DNA of 63,901 nt, counting the filler, from Octopus bimaculoides (taxonomy: Eukaryota), in the NCBI RefSeq assembly GCF_001194135.2. It is 6 parts of 6 records of this genome, joined end to end, with 100 filler letters (N's around TTAATTAATTAA, not from the genome) between each part and the next. Parts side by side here need not be neighbours in the genome. Positions count along the whole stretch, not along the records: positions 42,148 to 52,759 come from NC_069002.1; positions 52,860 to 59,273 come from NC_068981.1; positions 59,374 to 62,745 come from NC_068986.1; 3 more parts are not named here. One strand, written 5' to 3'. The position numbers were made by a program, and so were the translations under genes. Under the pieces are notes generated by a model that was not told the origin of the DNA, ran no database searches, and was given only the letters and a program-made list of their open reading frames with translations. Shown in pieces: positions 49,875 through 61,549 of this stretch; within the stretch, counting starts at the first letter, position 1, and the number at the start of each line of letters is the position of its first letter.

Positions 49875-50140
49875 TAATAATAGTAGATGCCCTGATGCAG
49901 TACCAAGCAGTGGCTCTCATGGCTTCTGATCTTAATTGATTGGAAGTGCTATCATGTACATTGTTTTGTCTTGGTATAAAAAGATGGGCTACAGCAAATA
50001 TTCTGCTCCATACCACAGATTTGCTTGTCAGTTGCTTGACCATAACCAGTTGAGCATGTCCCTTGGTGGCTGACGATATGTGTATCTCTGATCACGAGCA
50101 GAAGTAGTGGGGGAGCATCATAGCCATGTGTTGAGAGGAA
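49875..50140. repeat. Interspersed repeat family f, longest copy, adjoining (AAT)n
   Basis: Matches 11095-11470 and 28155-28280. Confidence 0.8.
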
Positions 50141-52685
50141 TGTGTACATTCTCTTTATTGATCAATCGGCTTGCACAAGATCACGCCACAAAGTTAGAAC
50201 AAAAGTGAATGTCCGTGAGATTCATGTGCTTTTCCTTTGTGATAAGCAGAGCCCGCGAAGATCTAGTAGAATGTTGAGTGTAGTCGAAGGACGCACCTCA
50301 CTTCTTGCCAAAAACAAGCCAGAAATGAAAATATATTCAGATAAACTCACATCTCAATTTTCTATCAAGACCAACTCGTACCTGTCTCTAGAATAATCTC
50401 TTAATCACGGCAGAAGTTATTCATTATGAATGTCGATTCCTATAACCTACATCAGTAACAAACTTGACGGCAAGAGAAAAAGGAAAAAAAAAAAACCAGA
50501 ATTTTTGCCGTTTGCTTTCCAGCCGTATTAAACCAGCAGGCACGCTTTCAACGTATTTTCTCCTGAAGCGCTGATGTTTTTTATTGCTCCGTGCGGCTCA
50601 CATCAAAGACTTGCCTATTTAAATAAAGGATTTGAAACTTTCCTTACAGTCGGACAGATTTAGACAAGAAATAGGTATTTGTTCTCCAATTGCAAGTTTG
50701 TTTTATTGCTCTATTCTGTTTTATCTTTAACGATTATTCGGTTCTGAAGAGTATATAAGAAACGTCTGGTGACCTGATGTTGGATCAAATTTCGTTTTTT
50801 ACTGGTTTTTAAACCGTTTTAACCCATGGACAGTATTCCTGATCCCTTCTTAAGGCACAGATTTAGTCATGTTTTCGTTAATCACTACACAAAAGTTTGT
50901 TCTTGATTAGTTCACAATTGGAGCGAAAAGGAGCAACTAGCAAAGTTTATTTTTTGTGATTCAAAAGGTAAAGTTTTCATTCATTAATTCGTTTCAATGC
51001 TTTAAAATTTGCGTGAAATATTAAAGTAACACCCACATTTTTTTATTAGAATAAAGATTCGACTCATTTTAGCAAAGGATAACCGAGTACCATTTTTCAC
51101 GTTTTCTTCACTCTTTGGATGGTTACGAGTGCAATTCCTTAACTGCTAGATCATGTGCCTTCACCTTGAGACATATACATGTGTGTGTGTGTGTGTGTGC
51201 GTGTGTGTGTACTTCACAAAAAAACCCACAAAGTTCTGCTTTAAATATCAATAAAAGACAATTAAAGTTGCAAGCAGCACATCGATGCATACATTTGTTA
51301 CAACAGCTAAGCATTTAGCAACACCACACAACGTGAATGCAGCTTCTATTAATGGTAATTACTCTATTTATGGTAAATGCCAGTGAAAGACGTTGGCTTT
51401 TACAGTTAATGTAATGACAACAAATACAATTGAAATATAATATATACGATTAACAGACATCACCTTCAAAACCAGATACACACAACATAGCCATGTAGTG
51501 TCAGAAGATAAGGTAGTACTAGAATAATATATGTAAAGTTAACAGAAATCACCCTTTAAAAAAAACGTATGCGCATATCTGTTCAGAAATAACAATAACT
51601 CTACATCATTATTGCAACATAAGGACAGAGTAAAAAATGCTAATATAAATTGGAACTTTGTCGAAGAAGCCACGCCACTGGAAATGGCAACATAAGCATA
51701 TACGTTACTGAGACTTAAGAAGTACTTTACAAACGGTCTCTGTCATCATTAGAAAAAGCGAAATGCTTTCTACATGTTTACACAGTAGAAACCATTTTCA
51801 CATGTTTGCTAGAGGACAGACTTTGTGCGTTTGTAAAGGAGAAAAACTTTCCTGCACGCTTGGAAATCTCAGGGTTGCATACTTACACAGACTCGTGTAC
51901 CAGATGAGCTGAAATTGATAATTCGATAAATAATAGAATCAAAACAAATTTCGATAATGAGTGACGGGCCATATCCACTTAACAATACTAGAAAATAACC
52001 TTCGATAGAATTCCGATGGCAGAACAGCAATTGTAGCCTCTAAGAATGGGAAGCTATTTCCTATACAGAGAAAGTCGTCCATCAACCCCATGAAGGACAT
52101 TCCGAAAGATTCTGTCCGAAGAAAAACCGATGTAACGTATTTTCTGACTTAAAAGTCGAATTTTTCAGATCAAAATTTAGAACCAAAATCAAATTATACA
52201 CGAAGACAAGTTTGAAGGCTAAAAAATTCCGTGTGAAATGCAGCAGGATTTGATAAAAAATAGTGACGTTTTTTTTTATTGTTTTATACTACATGTTTAT
52301 ACTATATATAACGTTGACTTGTATCCCGGTATTGCGGTGCCATCTTAAAGGATGTCCACTTTTACCAAAACGGCATCGATAGAAGAATTGTATAATGCGT
52401 AAAACTCCAGGGTTGGGAAGACAAATGCACAAATAAATACCAACACTTGACAACGAAATTATTAACTCCTATAATATATCGACTATTATCTTCTTATGAC
52501 TCCTTTGCGAAAGAACACGCGCAGATTATACGTATATGCGTGTGTGAGTGTGGGTGTGTGTGCGTGCACATATATATATATACATATACATATATAGGTG
52601 TGTATGTGTATGCGTTTATGTGTATATATAAATATATATGTGTGTGTGTGTATGTATGTACGCATACATATATAAATATGCATAC

Positions 52686-52735
<50 letters not shown>

Positions 52736-52759
52736 ATCGATATATATATGCATATGCAT

Positions 52760-52859
52760 NNNNNNNNNNNNNNNNNNNNNNNNNNNNNNNNNNNNNNNNN
52801 NNNTTAATTAATTAANNNNNNNNNNNNNNNNNNNNNNNNNNNNNNNNNNNNNNNNNNNN
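52760..52859. other. Artificial scaffold-join spacer
   Basis: 44 N + TTAATTAATTAA (52804-52815) + 44 N. Confidence 0.95.
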
Positions 52860-52909
<50 letters not shown>

Positions 52910-53351
52910 TATACACATGATATATATATATTCATATAGATAAATATTTACATATACATATGACGATGATGATATGCCTAGATATACATAAGTATAAATA
53001 CAAATATATGAATACATATATATATATATATATGTGTGTGTGTTCTGTTTCTCCAGTTTGTATAAACTATTCTACACAAGATATATTACTATCTACAGAT
53101 AGTTAAATGTTAAAAAACACCTTCCATCCATATACACCAATTTAACTCATCTTAATACGTCTATCCACAGTATATTAGTAATATACGCAAAGAAGTATAC
53201 TTAGCCTATAATTCTAAATAACTATACACGGGAACACAATTATTCAGCTTACTCACACCAGGCCAATTATTACACACAAACGTAAAGACGCATCTACCTA
53301 GACACAGACACATCCAGGTGGACAGTTTTATAGCTATACACACACTCATGC

Positions 53352-53382
<31 letters not shown>

Positions 53383-53649
53383 GACACACACACACACACA
53401 TACACTCACATACTCATCTGTATATAAGTATTGATTGACAAAAAACAACTATTTTCATAACACACGTACTCATATACATACACTTACGTACATACACACA
53501 CAGCGCGCGCCCGCGCACACATTCAAGTATACACATACACTCGTCCGTATATAGTTATTGATTGACACAAACAGCTATTTTTATCATAGCACACACAAAC
53601 CCAGGTGAAGGACAGGCACACACACACACACCAGCATGGCTCTGTTGTA

Positions 53650-53684
53650 TCACGTGACCTAGGCAACTTCTACTTTCATCAGTG
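53650..53684 (+). promoter_or_regulatory. Candidate core promoter: overlapping E-box (TCACGTGA) and RFX X-box-like site (GTGACCTAGGCAAC), then Inr-like TCAGTG
   Basis: Motifs at 53650-53657, 53654-53667 and 53679-53684, about 730 nt upstream of the ORF at 54415. Confidence 0.45.
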
Positions 53685-54414
53685 CCAGACGACGATCGTC
53701 AAATACAAGTATTTTACATCATAATTATTGTAGGTTCGACTTCCAGCTATCATTCAAGTTTTTTTAGCTCTAGAAAACAATATTAAAAGAACCACAGGAT
53801 AAAATAAAACAAGAGATAAACAAACATTGACTCCACAGGAAGATGAAGGCTTCATGTTGTAATGCAAACTTTAACAAGTGTTGGTTACGCATTATTTTCA
53901 CTATCACTTGAATTTCCACAGATCGCTGGGCAGTGGCCAGCACTATTCATAGACAACAAACAACGTCTAGCTTGTAAACAATCAGTGAGCACTAGTACTA
54001 TTACAGCTACACCATAATTAATTGGTTAATAGTCATCACGGTCCATAGGTTACACCCGAGGTATGAACAAAGTCAAATTGTTACCACGCGATCATAAAGT
54101 TTTGGTTCGTTGGTTTGTTGGAGGTTATGACCATTTGTGGACGGCATGAAAGTTTGAAAACAGTGTAATAAACAGCACACACACAAAAACTCCCTGAGGC
54201 CAGGACTGCCAGTATAGTACATGTGTTCTTCATATATAATCAGTAAGTACGTTTACTGATAGTTGATAAGTGACTAGCGTTGTCCAGGCTCCACGTCAAA
54301 CAACCATTATCAACACCTCACCACAACAAAAGAGATTGTAACGAGCTTCTAATATATCGAGCCTGAAGTTACGATAATCAAGTGGGAGGACTATCTTGTC
54401 CTCTCTGACCAAAT

Positions 54415-54989
54415 ATGAAGTCATTTGCTGATCAATTTTCGTCGTTTAAGAATCGCTACAGAGACTCGAACGTGGTCTCGATCCCTCCTTACACCTCTAT
54501 TGGCGTTGGTGCTATGAGTGTGTACAAGTCAACGGTTTTACCAATTTGTTCCCCGGCTGCAGCTGCTGCTAGTTGTGAAGAGTTTACCAACGACAGTCCC
54601 ACAGACTTGCAGACTGGCGATACTGTCGCCATACTTAACACAGACACTTCGAATAGTAACGCTGCTAATAACAATATAGTCGGTAGCCCGAGCAGTGACA
54701 GCGATAATATAAGCTGTCCAAGTTCCACAATGGGTCAGGTACAAACCTCACAAAGTTTCCAAAGAAATAATAATAGTTTCAACAACGACAACAATAACAA
54801 TGACAACATCAACAGTGTAACATCTGTTGTCAGCGTCACTGTTGAGAAGCATGGCTTGGACTACAGTTTACCATCATCAACACCAATTTTACCAAACCAT
54901 CGAAACATATCAGCTCAGGGAGGGAGCTCTATTCAACCGAAACAACTATATGCAGGAGAATCTTCTGTGGATAACGATAATGCTAGCAG
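54415..54989 (+). CDS. Gene C: probable first coding exon, unidentified Ser/Asn-rich low-complexity N-terminus
   Basis: A 192-codon ATG ORF in unique sequence with mixed codons, ending at a strong donor GCTAGCAG|GTAAGC (phase 2). No domain was recognised. Confidence 0.7.
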
Positions 54990-57167
54990 GTAAGCACATA
55001 TACTTTATTTCTTATCCCCATCATCATTCTTATATATATATATATATATATATNNNNNNNNNNNNNNNNNNNNNNNNNNNNNNNNNNNNNNNNNNNNNNN
55101 NNNNNNNNNNNNNNNNNNNNNNNNNNNNNNNNNNNNNNNNNNNNNNNNNNNNNNNNNNNNNNNNNNNNNNNNNNNNNNNNNNNNNNNNNNNNNNNNNNNN
55201 NNNNNNNNNNNNNNNNNNNNNNNNNNNNNNNNNNNNNNNNNNNNNNNNNNNNNNNNNNNNNNNNNNNNNNNNNNNNNNNNNNNNNNNNNNNNNNNNNNNN
55301 NNNNNNNNNNNNNNNNNNNNNNNNNNNNNNNNNNNNNNNNNNNNNNNNNNNNNNNNNNNNNNNNNNNNNNNNNNNNNNNNNNNNNNNNNNNNNNNNNNNN
55401 NNNNNNNNNNNNNNNNNNNNNNNNNNNNNNNNNNNNNNNNNNNNNNNNNNNNNNNNNNNNNNNNNNNNNNNNNNNNNNNNNNNNNNNNNNNNNNNNNNNN
55501 NNNNNNNNNNNNNNNNNNNNNNNNNNNNNNNNNNNNNNNNNNNNNNNNNNNNNNNNNNNNNNNNNNNNNNNNNNNNNNNNNNGGGGCAAAAAAACAAAAA
55601 CAAAAAAGAAACGTACATTTAATATGAAATGAAAAACATCTCTCACTCCATAAGAAAATGATGAGGCTGCGGAAGTTTATAGAGTAATAATAATTATAAT
55701 TCACAGTGGAAAAGTTGTTTAAATGTGTTAAACCTATAAATATATCTATTATAATTTTATTTCCATTGAAATTATATACCAAAAGTTAGGATGAAAAAAG
55801 AAAAATCCCAACTAATCCGATGGTGTAGAGAAAATTTACATTTCTTCTATTATCCTCGACTTTGTTTTTGTTTTATATCGAAGTCTTTATTCTCGTCAAC
55901 CTTAGTCGTTTCTCCTTAATTTCTGAAGCCTGGACGTTTGATAATTTGCTGAAAAGAATTTACTGACATATTATTTTCTGAAACTATAAACTTAAATACA
56001 AATTAAAATAATTTTTTTAGAATTGGCTACAGTCACTTTTACGTTGATGTTTTCAATCGAAGGTGCTTATTCTGTATTTATGTTACTAGGGTCGTTTCAG
56101 AAAGACTTTCTAGGTTACTTAGTTGATCAATAAAGTTAAGATATCAGGAAGAATAATCATAATTTTATTTCAGTTTAGCTTGTAAAACTTTAGAACACAT
56201 AGCTACATGAAAATTTGAAGGAAATTATATATTTATCAATTGTACATCTCCTATAAACACATGTATGCACGGGTGTGTGTATACACTCATTCTCTCTCTC
56301 TCTCTCTCACACACATACACACACACATATATAATCGAGTGGTTAACAAGTTCGCTTTGCAAGGAATAGGTAGTTCTCTGGTTCGATGTCTTTTATCATT
56401 GTCCTAGATTACTTTGTGAAGGAAATAGAGTTGAGGGAAACTGTATAGAAGCCTGTCGGATGGACTGTACCTGTAATTCACAGATACAGCATGTCACACT
56501 AATTATACCCATGGGTTGCATTGAAGGAACACGTGTTTGTAAACGCTCAGCTTCTTACGCCCTAGTTCAACGAATCTGATGGAGATGCCCGTCAATCTAT
56601 CCGTATGTTTATCCACGTACACATCTGACTATCTAATTCTCTATTTGTCTTATCTGTCCATCTGTCTGTTTGTCTTTACTCGATCCTCTTTGATCCTTCA
56701 CTCTCGCCTGCCAGTAGGAGCACCACCACCTACTTTGATTAAATGTTTTACTCCATTGTTTCAAGTGGTAACTCCTGTGTCTTCACAGATTTGAGAGAAC
56801 CAGTACTACATAATTATTGAACAACCTTGTCATTACAAGGCTGAATTATTTGAATCTCCACCTTATTAATTTGGTTATGGTATATGTCATGTGAATAGCT
56901 TTTCTTATGGAAATAATTCTACACTTGTCTTAAACTTAGGGAAAATATGAACATTATACACAGCTAGTTGATGTCTCATCCATTCCAAATGCTGTCAGTG
57001 CTTGTGAGGCCTGCCAAACTACATTTTCTGCTCTATTTGGTGCTATGCTGCTGAAGAATACAAACCCTCAGATCCATTATGGTAATTTCCTTGCTAAGTG
57101 ACAGGATATTACAGTTTGTACTATACTTCTTTCTGTACATGCTTCATCTAATTATTTATTGGATATA

Positions 57168-57357
57168 CCAGTGCTGGTGCCACATAAAAAACACTCAGTC
57201 CACTCTGTAAGGTGGTTGGTTAGGAAAGGTCATCCAGCAGTAAAAACCATGCCAAAACAGACAGTGAAGCCTGGTGCAGTCTTCTGTCTAGCCAGCTCCT
57301 CTCAAACAGTCCAACCTATGCCAGCATGGAAAACATTAAATGATGATGATGATGACG
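57168..57357 (+). mobile_element. RTE-type 3' end with (GAT)n tail inserted in the older LINE
   Basis: GGAAAGGTCATCCAGCAGTAAAAACCATGCCAAAACAGAC...CCAGCATGGAAAACATTAAATGATGATG. Confidence 0.8.
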
Positions 57358-57843
57358 ATTTAGTTTGTCAAACATCTTGGATATTCATTAGAGGCAGTTT
57401 ATTACAAATTCCAGGAAGATGGATAAGAGTTACGGGATAGCAACCAAGTTTAGACCCAGGTGTAGATCAAACCTATCTGTCTGCTGATCTGCCTCTACTG
57501 TCCTGGAGTAGTCAATTATTGCTATCACATTTTCAATAGATCTTTTAGTCAGTTTGTGTTGAAGGCAACTTTTTAAAGTTGAAGAAGTGCAAAGACTCTT
57601 GTTTTTCTGCTGTTTCAAGTATCTTCTGACTTGAATGATGGTACCAGCTGTGCCTAGGTCTTCAACGAAACTTACTCTTGTTTGCTTCTTTGGCTTTACA
57701 TTTCATTTTGTCAAAGAGAATTCGACTAAACATTTTTTCCTGGTATTGATAAGAGAGATTGCCCTATAATTTCCTAGTTGTTCCTTTTATACATTCATAT
57801 TAATCAGTATATCAGCCCAGTTTTACAATGTTTTACTTTTCCT

Positions 57844-58004
57844 AGGTGTGGTATGTGGTAAGAATCTTGCATCCCAACCACATGGTTCCATCCAGGTTTA
57901 GTCTCACTGCATGGCATCTTGGGCAAGTGTCTTCTACTATAGCCTCGGGCCGACCAAAGCCTTGTGAATGAATTTGATAAGACAGAAACTGAAAGAAGCC
58001 TGTC

Positions 58005-58081
<77 letters not shown>

Positions 58082-58125
58082 TTCCTGTAATATAGTGGTT
58101 CGGCAAAAGAGACTGATAGAATAAG
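57844..58125 (+). mobile_element. SINE family a copy with (TG)n, inserted in the older LINE
   Basis: The head and CORE-like segment match 23505-23905. Confidence 0.85.
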
Positions 58126-58737
58126 TTTATGAGTTCCATATTATATGGATCATCCAAGATTTCTGAAATTACCTCCAGGTTGTTTGGAAATTTAGTGTTA
58201 AGTTGTTCAAAATGATCTTTCCAACAGTGAAGTACTTCAGCTATGCTTGTATATATGTTACTTTCTTAATCTTTGATTGCATTGTATGTTTTTCTGCTCT
58301 TTTCCCCCACTTCATGGACTGAATTGAAAAAGTTGTGACTATTGTTGTTTGGAGTTAGCATTGAGTTGTTCTATTTTGTCTTGTACACTTTTGTTCTTTT
58401 TTGGCTGCTGTTTTGGCAGCAGCTAAAAGAACAAAATTTGTAATTTCACTGCTGTTTTGGCACAAGGCACCAAAATTATATGTGAACAAAATTGCCAATA
58501 AAGAGCTAACATGAAAGTTTGAAGTACATATAGTTTTTGCTCCCTTGTACCACCTTGTGACAGATATCACAGACGAAGTGTATGCATCTTTCAAAGAAAC
58601 ATCGAACAAAATAACAAGAAACCATGAACTTGAAACCTCAACAAGTTATATGTATGTGTGTTTGTGTGTTATATGTATGTGTGTTTGTGTATATATATAT
58701 GTGTGTGTATGTGTGTGCGTATATGTATATGTGTGTG

Positions 58738-58773
<36 letters not shown>

Positions 58774-58784
58774 TATATATACAC

Positions 58785-58962
58785 GTAAAAGCACCCACTA
58801 CACTTTCGGAGTGGTTGGCATTAAGAAGGGCATCCAGCTGTAGAAACTCTGCCAAATCAGATTGGAGCCTGGTGTAGCCACCTGGTTCACCAGTCCTCAG
58901 TCAAATCGTTCAACCCATGCTAGCATGGGAAGCGGATGTTAAACGATGATGATGATGATGAT
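58785..58962 (+). mobile_element. RTE-type 3' end with (GAT)n tail
   Basis: GTAAAAGCACCCACTACAC...GAAGGGCATCCAGCTGTAGAAACT...GATGTTAAACGATGATGATG; it matches 14396-14580. Confidence 0.85.
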
Positions 58963-59273
58963 ATATATATTCTTTTATTTGTGTCAGTCATTTGACTGCG
59001 ATCATGCTAGAGCACTGCCATTAATTGAACAAATCAACTCTAAGACTTATTCTTTGTAAGCCTAGTACTTATTCTATCGGTCTCTTTTGCCGAACCGCTA
59101 AGTGATGGGGACATAAACACACCACTATCGGTTGTCAAGCAATAGTGGGAGGACAAACACAGACACACAAATACATACCTGAATATATATATATATATAT
59201 ATACATACATATATAACTTTTATAAGTAATATTCTAAAAGAAATATTCTAAAAGAATATATAACTGAACTTAT

Positions 59274-59373
59274 NNNNNNNNNNNNNNNNNNNNNNNNNNN
59301 NNNNNNNNNNNNNNNNNTTAATTAATTAANNNNNNNNNNNNNNNNNNNNNNNNNNNNNNNNNNNNNNNNNNNN
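59274..59373. other. Artificial scaffold-join spacer
   Basis: 44 N + TTAATTAATTAA (59318-59329) + 44 N. Confidence 0.95.
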
Positions 59374-59600
59374 TATGTGTGTCTGTGTTTGTCCACTCAT
59401 CATTGCTTGACAACTGATGCTGGTGCGCTTATGTCCCTGTAACTTAGCAGTTCAACAAAACAGACCGATAGAATAAGTACTAAGCTTACAAAGATTTCTT
59501 TGACTAAAATCCTTTAAAGTGGTGCTCCAGCATGGTCACAGTCAAATGACTGAAACAGTAAAAGAATCATGTGGTTTCTCAACCTCACAGCTGTACCTGC

Positions 59601-59646
<46 letters not shown>

Positions 59647-59912
59647 AACACACACACACAAGTGACCTTCTTCGGCTTCACTCCACCAAAGGTCACTTCA
59701 TCGCATGCATGTACATGTGTGTGTGTGTGTGTTTCAAGTTACTATCATAACTCTACTTACAATGTAGTAATTTCCATTTCAACAGTCTCAGATGAAGTCA
59801 CTGGCCAAACATCTACAGCTCTGAACTCTCACCATTAAATTAATACAATGGCTATATCTGTTGGCAACAATAGCTTTAATATCGTATATAACATGGTTCA
59901 TTTTTATTGTAG

Positions 59913-59956
59913 AGATGTTGCAGAAGATGCGAACAATGACAGAGAACATGGTGGAG
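59913..59956 (+). CDS. Probable 44-nt internal coding exon (gene C or another gene)
   Basis: Acceptor CATTTTTATTGTAG and donor GAG|GTAGGT. Frame B gives MLQKMRTMTENMVE; frame A gives DVAEDANNDREHGG. Confidence 0.5.
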
Positions 59957-60267
59957 GTAGGTTTTTAGAAATTCTCCCGTATTTGGAAATAAAACTGATA
60001 TAAGAGAAGAATTATATTTTGGATATAAATAATATTTTGAAAATTATATTTTACAAAGCAAAAGCAAAAGCAAGATCATATCTCTATTGAGTAAAACAGG
60101 TTCAATGCCAACTTTCCAAACACTGATGGTCTCTGGAACCTCTTATAATTTACAAGCAGGAACTCCAGATTCCTGTGACAGCCAGGCTAGTTTACTTGGT
60201 ATCTTGCACAAATTAATATCTTGCACAAACTAATATCTTGCACTGTGCAGTATTAATATAAAAAAGT

Positions 60268-60394
60268 ATCATCATCATCATCGTTTAACGTCCTCCTTCC
60301 ATGCTGGTATGGGTTGGACAGTTTGACAGGAGCTGGCCCGGCAGGAGCCTGTGCCATGCTTCTGAGTCTGTTTTGGAATGGTTTTTATGGCAAG
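60268..60394 (-). mobile_element. RTE LINE extreme 3' end (~125 nt) fused to U6
   Basis: GCCATAAAAACCATTCCAAAACAGAC...CCAGCATGGAAGGAGGACGTTAAACGATGATGATGAT matches 57168-57357. Confidence 0.85.
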
Positions 60395-60478
60395 AAATAT
60401 GGAACTCTTCACAAATTTGCATGTCATCCTTGCGCAGGGTCATGCTAATCTTCTCTGTATTGTTCCAATCTTAGTATA
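60395..60478 (-). pseudogene. RNU6: U6 snRNA retropseudogene lacking the 5' stem-loop
   Basis: The reverse complement TATACTAAGATTGGAACAATACAGAGAAGATTAGCATGACCCTGCGCAAGGATGACATGCAAATTTGTGAAGAGTTCCATATTT equals U6 from about nt 21 to the end, with ~6 substitutions and a 1-nt deletion. The ACAGAGA box and AGC triad are retained. Confidence 0.95.
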
Positions 60479-61134
60479 AGTATAGCCAGAGCCATTTATA
60501 CTAATGTACAAGTAGGTACCTGTATTTCATTTAATCATTTAAGTAAATTCCATATTTAATTTAGAGTGTGACCAGCTCTGGTTCAGAAAAGTCAGTAATC
60601 TGGAATGGTTTCAGAACCAAAGGTACCAGGAAATCGATGGAGAAGGAAATGCTGTTGAAAATTAACACCAATTATAGTAATTACATAAGTTTTCAAAGGT
60701 GGTGAACTGACTGGCAGAATCTTTAGAGCATTGAACTAAATATGTTGTGGTATTTTCCCCAACATTTTACTTCTAAGTTCAAATTCTGCCAAGGTCAGTT
60801 TTGCCTTTCATTCCCTCAGGAGTCAATCAATAAAATACCAATAAAATATTAGAAGGCAGGTATTGATTTCAATGACTGTCTCCTTTCTCCAAATTTCTGG
60901 CTTTCTGCTTGTGTTTGAAATTAAGGGCAGTGGAATAGCAGTGTTGTTAGAACATTGGACAAAAATATCTTGTAGTAGCTGTTCTTACTTTTGTCTTGTG
61001 ATATTTGTTCTAAGTTCAAATCTCAATGGAGCCACCTTCGTTTTTCAGCCAGTTGTATTTGCTAAATCACTAAAGATAGGCACATATTCTGATAAGTTAA
61101 CTAATTGTATTTGTTTTTTTAATGCTAATTTTAG

Positions 61135-61299
61135 TCAACTCAGCAAAGAGAACTGAACACAGAAGAACGTTTGGAAAACATATCAGAAACAATGGCTTCT
61201 TGCGGGAAAACCTTGAGTTATATTTATGAAAAAATTTATGGCTGGTTGCAAAGATTTGAAGACAGTTTTGGAGAAATTGAAAAAATAAAGGAATCTTGA
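61135..61299 (+). CDS. Probable terminal coding exon, helical/coiled-coil-like, unidentified
   Basis: Acceptor TTTTTTTAATGCTAATTTTAG with a CTAAT branch-like site. Phase 0 is open for 54 codons: STQQRELNTEERLENISETMASCGKTLSYIYEKIYGWLQRFEDSFGEIEKIKES*. Confidence 0.55.
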   Translation, partial: STQQRELNTEERLENISETMASCGKTLSYIYEKIYGWLQRFEDSFGEIEKIKES

Positions 61300-61518
61300 A
61301 TTCTTCATTGCAATTTTTTTTCATTTTAACATTCTAAAAATGGCTGTTTTATATATATTCTTTTATTTGTTTCAGTCATTTGATTGTGGCCATGCTGGAG
61401 TACTGCCTTTAGTTGAGCAAATCTGCTCCAGAACCTATTCTTTGTAAGCCTAGTTCTTATTCTATCAGTCTATTTTGCCAAACTACTTAGGCAAGGGGAC
61501 GTAAACACACCAGCATCG

Positions 61519-61549
<31 letters not shown>

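Larger units (their letters stand above)
56800..58560 (-). mobile_element. Old RTE-like LINE ORF2 remnant (linker and RT), interrupted by younger elements
   Basis: Frameshifted motifs IKD*ESNIYTSIAEVLHCWKDHFEQLN, GNYRAISLINT..MFSRIL, QKILE..FNFKK and LLSIFLEFVI. The lower boundary is approximate. Confidence 0.7.

Noticed and set aside
50700-52220. Weak resemblance to Tc1/mariner or pogo ends and a helix-turn-helix fragment (LKRFK at ~50820; CGTATTTTCTGACTTAAAAGTCG at ~52136)
   Set aside because: Too degenerate: no catalytic motif or paired TIR could be shown.
54680-54725. SDNISCP in the 54415 ORF as the ephrin DIICP motif (ephrin exon 2)
   Set aside because: The surrounding sequence is low-complexity and lacks the other ephrin hallmarks (no F after the junction, no KFQxFSP or YYxIS motif).
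60100-60233. 44-codon open frame after AAAACAG as an extra gene C exon
   Set aside because: The acceptor is purine-rich, and the only phase-compatible donor is a non-canonical GC; there is not enough support.
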